Assembly (NCBI GenBank): GCA_001742785.1
Contig: MCBF01000001.1
Location: forward strand, 362,667-376,116
Direction: 5' to 3'
Length of the DNA: 13,450 nucleotides
Source of the DNA: Candidatus Altiarchaeales archaeon IMC4
GTDB lineage: Archaea > Altiarchaeota > Altiarchaeia > IMC4
Part shown: one piece after another, positions 6,927 to 13,450 of the stretch
Position numbering within the stretch: position 1 is the stretch's first letter
Layout: each line of letters opens with the position of its first letter
Position numbers and translations under genes: made by a program
The notes under the pieces: model-generated
Told to the model about the DNA's origin: nothing
Databases searched by the model: none
Seen by the model: only the letters and a program-made list of their open reading frames with translations

Positions 6927-6953
6927 AAGTCGCAAAAAGGATCGGGGCGGTTT
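6927..6953 (+). repeat. Duplicate of the purC 3' end
   Basis: AAGTCGCAAAAAGGATCGGGGCGGTTT is identical (27/27) to 6320-6346. Confidence 0.93.
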
Positions 6954-7578
6954 AGAAAAACCTAAGCAGCCCCCTCAAATCCTTCCCCTCGACAACGGCA
7001 TCGGCATACATCGAAACCCTCTCGTCCTTCGGGTTGAACGCGATGCTGAAACCTGCTTCCTTGAACATCGGGATGTCGTTTATGTAGTCCCCGATCGCTG
7101 CGCACTGACTCGTTTTTACCCCGTGCTGCCTTGCAAGCCGCTTCAGAATCCTGCCCTTTCCCTCGAAGTCAACGAAGTTGTTTATGCCCGCGACCCTGCC
7201 GTCCCTTACTACAAAATCGTTAGCAACCGCATCGTCCATTCCGAGTTCGTCTTTTATCCTGTCGGCAAGCAGCTGCAGGCCGCCCGAGATAATAACCAGA
7301 TTGTATTTTTCTTTCAGTTGGGCCATGGTTTCGGCGGCGCCTGCCATTAATTTGGCAGCATACAAGATTTTTCGCATCTGTTCAATTTCGATGCCCAGCC
7401 AAAGCGCGACATCCTTCTTGGCCCACTCGTCGAAGGTTATCTTGCCGCAGTGGTATTCCTCGGAATGCGCATCGGAGAGGTGCATAGTCCCAAGCGCGTT
7501 ATGGACCTCTTGCCAGCTTCCCCGCCCGTCAACCAGAACCCCGTCGAGGTCAAAGGCAATGAGTTTTATTGCACTCAC
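6952..7578 (-). CDS. serB: HAD-IB phosphatase, phosphoserine phosphatase-like
   Basis: AFDLDGVL, IISGG, K motif and GDYIND. Real start is GTG at 7578, overlapping the upstream stop as GTGA; the longer track ORF is a spurious extension. Confidence 0.8.
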   Translation of the reverse strand: MSAIKLIAFDLDGVLVDGRGSWQEVHNALGTMHLSDAHSEEYHCGKITFDEWAKKDVALWLGIEIEQMRKILYAAKLMAGAAETMAQLKEKYNLVIISGGLQLLADRIKDELGMDDAVANDFVVRDGRVAGINNFVDFEGKGRILKRLARQHGVKTSQCAAIGDYINDIPMFKEAGFSIAFNPKDERVSMYADAVVEGKDLRGLLRFF

Positions 7579-8468
7579 TTTCCAAGCACCAGTTCGACAT
7601 TCACGTTCCCGTAGCCCCACTCGCCTATCAGCCCCAAGAAGCAGTCCTTGGTAACGTCCAGATTCACAACGGCATCCGTGCCCATTGTTTCGAAGCTCGC
7701 GTAAGGCACGCCGGCTGGCGCGTTCACACTTTGCAGGTCGTAAGAGGAATAAAGATAGTTGTTCCAGTCGCCAGAAACGCAAAATACCCGCACCTGATAC
7801 ATGTCGAGGGTTTCAGGAACGTTTATCCTTGCCTGCGCGCTCCTGTATCCGGAAAACGTCCTGCTGGGTATCCACAGCGAGTTGTAGGTCTCGTATTTCG
7901 CCCCCTGCGTGTTTATATCCTTGCCTTCAATGTATAGGGTGCCACCCCACTCGTAATCCAAGGCAGACACAAGCATAACCGGCCACATACCCCCTGACTC
8001 CTTTTTGTCATTCATAATAAGTATGGAATAGACGCTGGACTCTCTTGGTGTGAAACTTATGTGCTCGGGCAGGCCCGCGGACTGTGTTGAAGTCCCGATT
8101 ATGGTGCCTTTTGAGTCCACGATGAACATATCGTCATCAACGGCAGCGTATGTGCCTGTGTAACCAGCGTTATCCACGTAATTCATGAAGAACTCGTAGG
8201 TTCTCCCGACATCGAGGTTGAACTTGAAAACGCTCCGGTTCCCGATTTGCGGATCAGCATGGCTTTTCACACCAATCGGTGTAATCCCGCCGGGGGAGAG
8301 CGGAACCGACGGCTTTTCGGGTTTTGACTGGCCTTGCATCGCGAAAGGGCTTTTCGGCATTTCGCAGCCGCTTGTCATTACGATTACAACTACCATCCCT
8401 ACAATCAAAAAGTTCGTGTTTTTCAATTTTAAATTTGCATTTTTCTGTCGCATCCTCCTCTCAACCAA
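7575..8468 (-). CDS. Putative secreted lipoprotein of unknown function, possible PPC-like beta domain
   Basis: Basic N-terminus, hydrophobic stretch, lipobox-like TSGC, Pro-rich linker, then DDMFIVDSKG...EHISFTP...YSILI. Overlaps both neighbours, as in an operon. Confidence 0.7.
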   Translation of the reverse strand: MVERRMRQKNANLKLKNTNFLIVGMVVVIVMTSGCEMPKSPFAMQGQSKPEKPSVPLSPGGITPIGVKSHADPQIGNRSVFKFNLDVGRTYEFFMNYVDNAGYTGTYAAVDDDMFIVDSKGTIIGTSTQSAGLPEHISFTPRESSVYSILIMNDKKESGGMWPVMLVSALDYEWGGTLYIEGKDINTQGAKYETYNSLWIPSRTFSGYRSAQARINVPETLDMYQVRVFCVSGDWNNYLYSSYDLQSVNAPAGVPYASFETMGTDAVVNLDVTKDCFLGLIGEWGYGNVNVELVLGK

Positions 8469-9360
8469 TTATCCTCCTTATGAATTCCTCGTACGTTTTT
8501 ATCTGTGCAAGTTCATTCGGGCTTATCACGGCAATATCAATATCCGGGTGGCGCTCGCTTATGCAGACCTCATAGGTGTCCATTATCTCGGAGATGCCGT
8601 CGACTATTTCCATCCTCCTGAGGATTCCCTTATTGTCGTTGCCGATGACAGTAAGTATTATCTTCTCGTTCCCCGCGACAATGTCAAACGGCGCCCTCGT
8701 TGGGACTGCACCCATGCCAATGCCCCTGAGCTCATCGAGGACCATTTTTTTAAGCCCGACCATTTCGTCCGCGAATTGGCAGCATGGAGCGTGTTTCTTG
8801 GATAGTACGTCCTTTGGCACCAATATACCCTCATCGTCTAAGAATTCGATAAGCCTCCTTGCGACCTCTATTGACATGGTGCCTGTGCGCTCGTACCTGT
8901 ATATGCTCTGCTTTGAGACGTCAAGTTCGTCTGCCAGCTGCGTTTGTGACAAATGAAGCCGTCCTCGTACCCGTACCATCATCTTCGGGTCTATACTCAC
9001 GCAGTAATCGCCCCTTACGGAGGATATGACAGGAAGGGACTCTTCGATTACGTCCGTAAGGGTTTCGAAACTCATGACGTTCGTGTCATACCTTGAGTAG
9101 ATAACGCCCCTCATCAGGTCCCGGTGTTTCATCCTTTGCCCGACAACCAGCGGCACTGCAGACAGGGCATCCGCCACCTGTTCCAGTTCGGCGGAATTCC
9201 GTTCAGTAAACCCTTCGACATTAGAGAGGACCTTTATGAGGAGTATCCCTTCCTTTTTTGCGAGTATGTCGAAACTGCTGTGCATATTCCTGCATACGGA
9301 AACGCTAAACCCCGCGCCCAGCAAAAGTTCGGCTATCTCGTTTATTAGTGCGTCCTTCAT
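8461..9360 (-). CDS. Archaeal XRE-type HTH transcriptional regulator (COG1395-like)
   Basis: SFDILAKK...LLIKVLSNVE N-terminal domain, HTH LSQTQLADELDVSKQSIYRYE, and RAPFDIVA. Confidence 0.85.
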   Translation of the reverse strand: MKDALINEIAELLLGAGFSVSVCRNMHSSFDILAKKEGILLIKVLSNVEGFTERNSAELEQVADALSAVPLVVGQRMKHRDLMRGVIYSRYDTNVMSFETLTDVIEESLPVISSVRGDYCVSIDPKMMVRVRGRLHLSQTQLADELDVSKQSIYRYERTGTMSIEVARRLIEFLDDEGILVPKDVLSKKHAPCCQFADEMVGLKKMVLDELRGIGMGAVPTRAPFDIVAGNEKIILTVIGNDNKGILRRMEIVDGISEIMDTYEVCISERHPDIDIAVISPNELAQIKTYEEFIRRIIG

Positions 9361-9370
9361 CTCATTTATT

Positions 9371-9388
9371 TATTTACATCTGTAAATA
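9371..9388. promoter_or_regulatory. Palindrome in the divergent promoter region
   Basis: TATTTACA-TC-TGTAAATA, a perfect 8-bp IR in the 45-bp gap between the HTH gene and egsA, overlapping TATA-like sequence. Confidence 0.45.
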
Positions 9389-9405
9389 TAAGTTCTACAG
9401 ACACG

Positions 9406-10422
9406 ATGAAGAGCATAGAACTGCCAAGAAAAGTCGTCATCGGCGACGGTGCCATCAATAAGATAAAAGACATCTGTTCAAGCATAGGTCTTGAGGGCAA
9501 TGCACTGATAATAACCGGCCCAACCACAAACAGCGTCGCAGGAAAAACCGTGAAACGTATTCTTGACGGGGATGCGGCACTGGTAAAGGAATCGTCCGCG
9601 GATGAGATAGCTTCCGTACTGGACAAGATAGGTGGAGGCTTCGATTTTCTGGCGGGTGTCGGCGGGGGGAATGTCATAGATTTCACAAAAATCTGCTCAT
9701 TTAGGTCAGGGGTCCCGTTCGTAAGCGTCCCGACCTCGGCGTCCCACGACGGTATCGCATCCCCCTTGGTTTCTTTGAAATTCAAATCCGTGAAGGAAAT
9801 GGGTTCCTCGACCATTATCTGCACGCCGTCGGCGGTTGTTGCTGACACTGAAATAATCAGGAAGGCGCCGAAGAGGCTTTTGGCGGCAGGGTGCGCCGAC
9901 GCGATCTCAAATTACACGGCGGTTCTTGACTGGGAACTTGCACACAAGGAAAAAAACACTTACTACGGAGACTATGCCGCAAGCCTTTCGATGATGAGCG
10001 CGAGGATCGTGATGGAAAAGGCACCGGCGATAAAGGATGATATCAACATACTTGTCGAGGCCTTGATAAGCAGCGGGGTCGCGATAGGGATTGCCGGCTC
10101 CTCGCACCCGTGTTCCGGCTCCGAGCACATGTTCAGCCACTCCCTTGACGAAATCTGCGAAAAGCCGGCGCTTCACGGCGAGCAGTGCGGGGTCGGCACG
10201 ATAATGATGGCGTACCTTCACGGCGCGAACTGGAAGCAGGTCAGGAATGCCTTGCAGACTGTCGGCGCCCCGACAAATGCAAAGGAACTCGGCATCCCGG
10301 AATCCGATATAATCAAGGCGCTGACAAAGGCGCACGAAGTCAGAGATAGGTACACGATACTGAGAACCGGCATCGCAAGGGACGATGCAGAGAAACTGGC
10401 ACAGGTTACAGGGGTTATATGA
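9406..10422 (+). CDS. egsA: NAD(P)-dependent sn-glycerol-1-phosphate dehydrogenase
   Basis: GVGGGNVIDFTK, VPTSASHDGIASP, SGSEHMFSH, LHGEQCGVG and RDRYTIL. Confidence 0.96.
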   Translation: MKSIELPRKVVIGDGAINKIKDICSSIGLEGNALIITGPTTNSVAGKTVKRILDGDAALVKESSADEIASVLDKIGGGFDFLAGVGGGNVIDFTKICSFRSGVPFVSVPTSASHDGIASPLVSLKFKSVKEMGSSTIICTPSAVVADTEIIRKAPKRLLAAGCADAISNYTAVLDWELAHKEKNTYYGDYAASLSMMSARIVMEKAPAIKDDINILVEALISSGVAIGIAGSSHPCSGSEHMFSHSLDEICEKPALHGEQCGVGTIMMAYLHGANWKQVRNALQTVGAPTNAKELGIPESDIIKALTKAHEVRDRYTILRTGIARDDAEKLAQVTGVI

Positions 10423-10480
10423 TCTGTTCAATTTGCACTTTTAAATTTACACAGCTGGTTACGATCCACATGAATTGGAG

Positions 10481-10822
10481 ACGCGCGTTTATGATGAAAA
10501 TCATGAACGGTGCACCGTTTCAAGCGTTTTGCCTTTTAGCACACGCGTTTGCCTCGATAGGCAAACAGTGCCCCGTGAACCTAACAGGTTCACGCAGGAA
10601 ACGATGCAAGAAACTTGTGAAAAGTTTCTGCACAGAACACGCGTTTTGCGAACAGCAAAACGGTGCACCGTTTATGGTCTTTCACCATAAACGCGTGAGT
10701 TGTAAAACAACCTTCTTGTGTCCCGTGAACCTTGCGGGTTCACGCGGATGCTGTTCGCAAAACGCATGTTCACGTGGAGCCAAAAGTCCCCGCGACTTTT
10801 GCGCTCGCTGCGCTCAATCCAC
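10481..10822. repeat. Cluster of tandem and nested double-hairpin elements between convergent egsA and ino1
   Basis: Units: A 10482-10603 (spacer GTGCAC 10510-15); B 10542-10598 (GTGCCC); C 10638-10697 (GTGCAC); D ~10694-10747 (GTGTCC). A 22/23 IR links 10635-10657 and 10749-10771. Further hairpins at 10605-10632 and 10781-10801. Confidence 0.85.
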
Positions 10823-10830
10823 CCGAACAA

Positions 10831-11922
10831 TTATCTCTCCCTCTCCCCGTCAATGAATTCTTCTACAATCTGCTTAGCCACGGGGTCCGAGTATTGTATC
10901 GGCGGGCTTTTCATGAAGTAGGAACTCGCCGATGTGAGCGCCCCGCCGACGCCGCGGTCAAGCGCGAGTTTTGCGCAGCGCACCGCATCGATTATGACGC
11001 CTGCCGAGTTCGGGGAATCCTCAACCTCAAGCCGCGCCTCGATATTCGTCGGCACGTCGCCGAACTTCCGGCCCTCCATCCTTATGAACGCGATCTTTTT
11101 GTCTTTCAGCCACGGAATGTAATCGCTTGGGCCTATGTGGATGTCCTCCGGCGCAAGTGGCGTCGGCAGTTGCGACTGCACGGACTGGGTCTTCGATATC
11201 TTCTTGCTCTTCAGCCGCTGGCGCTCAAGCATGTTGAGAAAGTCGGTATTTCCACCGACGTTAAGCTGGTAGGTGTGGTCGAGTTTCACGCCCCTGTCAA
11301 CGTAAAGTTTGGTGAGCGTCCTGTGGACGATGGTCGCGCCGATCTGCGATTTTATGTCGTCGCCGATTACCGGAAACCCGCGTTTTTCAAATTTTTCGGC
11401 CCATTCCTTGTTCGATGCTATAAAAACGGGCATCGCATTTATGAAGGCAGCCCCTGCATCAAGGCACGCATTCGCATAATACGTCGCGGCCTCCTCCGAG
11501 CCGACAGGGACGTAGCAAATAAGCACATCGGTTTCGGTTTCCTTCAGCGCCTTAGCCACGTCGACAGGCTTCTGCTTCGGGTCGACAGCGAACTTCTCCC
11601 TTGTCGTCTCTGCGACGCCGTCAAGAACTGGACCCTTTTGCACATGGACGTTCCACTTCGGGACGTCGGAAAACTTCGTTGTGCAGTTCGGCTCGGCAAA
11701 AACCGCCGTGCTCAGGTCGTATCCGACCTTCTTGGAATCAACGTCGAATGCGGAAACGAACCTTATGTCGGATATTTTATACCCCCCCAGAACATTGTGC
11801 ATAAGCCCCGGGACAAGCGGGGAATTGCCGTCTATGTTTTTGTAATACTCGACGCCCTGTATAAGCGACGATGCGCAGTTTCCAACCCCTGCAATCCCGA
11901 CTCTTATCTCCTTCTTGTCCAC
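10831..11922 (-). CDS. ino1: myo-inositol-1(3)-phosphate synthase
   Basis: [47 protein letters not shown] and DSPNSAG; GTG start. Confidence 0.97.
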   Translation of the reverse strand: MDKKEIRVGIAGVGNCASSLIQGVEYYKNIDGNSPLVPGLMHNVLGGYKISDIRFVSAFDVDSKKVGYDLSTAVFAEPNCTTKFSDVPKWNVHVQKGPVLDGVAETTREKFAVDPKQKPVDVAKALKETETDVLICYVPVGSEEAATYYANACLDAGAAFINAMPVFIASNKEWAEKFEKRGFPVIGDDIKSQIGATIVHRTLTKLYVDRGVKLDHTYQLNVGGNTDFLNMLERQRLKSKKISKTQSVQSQLPTPLAPEDIHIGPSDYIPWLKDKKIAFIRMEGRKFGDVPTNIEARLEVEDSPNSAGVIIDAVRCAKLALDRGVGGALTSASSYFMKSPPIQYSDPVAKQIVEEFIDGERER

Positions 11923-11969
11923 ATTCAGTAACTTAAATTTTAAAATAATTGCTTGGGCAAATATAAACC

Positions 11970-12134
11970 CTAAGGCAACGCGGTCATTATAGTTTTCCCT
12001 GCAGGAACGACTTCATACCCGTAGCCGAACATCCACCACAGTACGAACAGGATTACCAAAAGGGCTGCTGCAACGACCGTTCCCTTGTTTATGGGCAATC
12101 CTGTCGATCCGCTTTTTTCAAATAAGCCAGTCAT
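11970..12134 (-). CDS. 54-aa single-pass membrane protein, weak resemblance to archaeal Sec61beta/SecG
   Basis: Not in the ORF track. [54 protein letters not shown]; a higher-GC stretch between AT-rich intergenic DNA, with one hydrophobic helix. Confidence 0.6.
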   Translation of the reverse strand: MTGLFEKSGSTGLPINKGTVVAAALLVILFVLWWMFGYGYEVVPAGKTIMTALP

Positions 12135-12279
12135 TTTGTTCTTATTAATTAACCGATTAAATTATAAATCCTTCTGTGTATTTTGTTTTTAAATATATAT
12201 TGCTAATTTATTGTAATTACTCGATTTATTGAATTTTAGGTTCAAATAACTAAGATAAACCAATATAAGAGGACTAAAA

Positions 12280-13450
12280 ATGGCTGAGAAACCACACATA
12301 AACATAGTGTTTGTAGGACACGTAGACCACGGCAAATCCACGATGGTAGGAAGGCTCCTGTACGACCTTGGAGAGGTCTCTGAGCAGAAGATGCAGAAGC
12401 TAAAGGAAGAAGCAGCGAAAATCGGAAAGGGTACATTTGAGTTCGCATGGGTCATGGACTCGCTCAAAGAAGAGCGTGAACGTGGTGTTACGATCGATAT
12501 TGCGCACCAGAAATTCCAGACGCAGAAGAACTACTTCACGGTAATCGACGCGCCAGGCCACAAGGACTTCGTAAAGAACATGATCACGGGCGCTTCGCAG
12601 GCAGACGCCGCGGTGCTTGTCGTTGCAGCCGCCGACGGGATAATGCCCCAGACCAAGGAGCATGCCTTCCTTATAAAGACGCTGGGCATCAACCAGTTTA
12701 TCATCGCGATAAACAAGATAGATGCCGTCAAGTACGGCGAGGCAAAATACAATGAGGTCAAGGCATCGCTCGTGAACCTCCTGAAGCCGATCGGCTACAA
12801 AGTGGACGAGATTCCATTCATACCGCTGTCTGCCTTCATTGGCGACAACATAAAGACGGCAAGCCCAAACACGCCTTGGTATAAGGGCCCGACGCTGCTT
12901 GCGGCCCTTGACGCGCTAAAGGCGCCAGAAAAGCCGACAGGCAAGCCGCTGAGGCTCCCGATACAGGACGCATACACAATAACTGGCGTTGGAACCGTCC
13001 CGGTGGGTCGTGTTGAAACGGGCGTTCTGAAGCCCGGCGACAAGCTAATATTCGAGCCGTCCGGCGCAGTCGGCGAGGTAAAAACCGTCGAGATGCACCA
13101 CGAGCAGCTCCCGAAGGCTGAGCCCGGCGACAACATCGGATTCAACGTGAGGGGCATAGGAAAGAACGACGTCAAGCGTGGCGATGTTGCGGGCCCGGCA
13201 GACAACAAGCCGACCGTAGCAGAGGAGTTCACTGCGCAGATAGTCGTCCTTCAGCATCCAAGCGCGATAACCGTCGGCTATACGCCGGTACTGCACGTGC
13301 ACACGGCACAGGTCGCATGCACCTTTACACAGCTGGTGAAGAAGATGGACCCCAAGACCGGAGCCGTCAAGGAAGAGAACCCGCAGTTCCTGAAGACGGG
13401 CGACGTTGCGATTGTCAAGCTCAAGCCGACAAGGCCGCTTGTCATAGAAA
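12280..13450 (+). CDS. tuf: Translation elongation factor EF-1alpha (runs off the window end)
   Basis: Not in the ORF track because there is no stop in the window. [54 protein letters not shown] and [13 protein letters not shown] upstream. Confidence 0.98.
   Translation, partial: MAEKPHINIVFVGHVDHGKSTMVGRLLYDLGEVSEQKMQKLKEEAAKIGKGTFEFAWVMDSLKEERERGVTIDIAHQKFQTQKNYFTVIDAPGHKDFVKNMITGASQADAAVLVVAAADGIMPQTKEHAFLIKTLGINQFIIAINKIDAVKYGEAKYNEVKASLVNLLKPIGYKVDEIPFIPLSAFIGDNIKTASPNTPWYKGPTLLAALDALKAPEKPTGKPLRLPIQDAYTITGVGTVPVGRVETGVLKPGDKLIFEPSGAVGEVKTVEMHHEQLPKAEPGDNIGFNVRGIGKNDVKRGDVAGPADNKPTVAEEFTAQIVVLQHPSAITVGYTPVLHVHTAQVACTFTQLVKKMDPKTGAVKEENPQFLKTGDVAIVKLKPTRPLVIE

Noticed and set aside
7579..7782. 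N-terminal 68-aa extension of the HAD ORF
   Set aside because: It overlaps the lipoprotein gene in another frame, and the HAD motif I begins right after GTG 7578.
10481..10822. CRISPR array
   Set aside because: No identical repeats at regular spacing with unique spacers, and no cas genes.
10419..10856. 145-aa ORF and other short ORFs across the egsA-ino1 gap
   Set aside because: Cys/Arg-rich, with internal peptide repeats that simply mirror the DNA palindromes and no recognisable domain.
10732..11931. Long antisense ORFs (10732-11931, 3706-4593, 1440-2078, 6757-7350, 9907-10431, 12795-13232)
   Set aside because: They are shadows of well-supported genes on the opposite strand.

Overview
Archaeal chromosomal window, judged from egsA, archaeal EF-1alpha, DUF99, a Dph2 N-terminal domain and a COG1395-type HTH protein; the lineage cannot be fixed from sequence alone. 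A housekeeping backbone (DUF99, dph2-N, ahcY, purC, serB-like HAD, lipoprotein, HTH regulator, egsA, ino1, tuf) carries many small accessory insertions. (1) An IS630 element has its single transposase ORF broken twice by ~55-56 bp double-hairpin inserts. (2) The same hairpin-6 nt spacer-hairpin element recurs upstream of ahcY and as a nested cluster between egsA and ino1, giving at least 7 copies with conserved shape but divergent stem sequence. (3) A 1.26 kb transposase-less element with 15-bp TIRs and a 9-bp target duplication carries an AT-rich NYN-nuclease/zinc-ribbon gene. (4) Two unrelated HicAB modules bracket purC, each bounded by a direct repeat of a purC gene end (106 bp of the 5' end; 27 bp of the 3' end). 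All alignments and pairings were done by eye.
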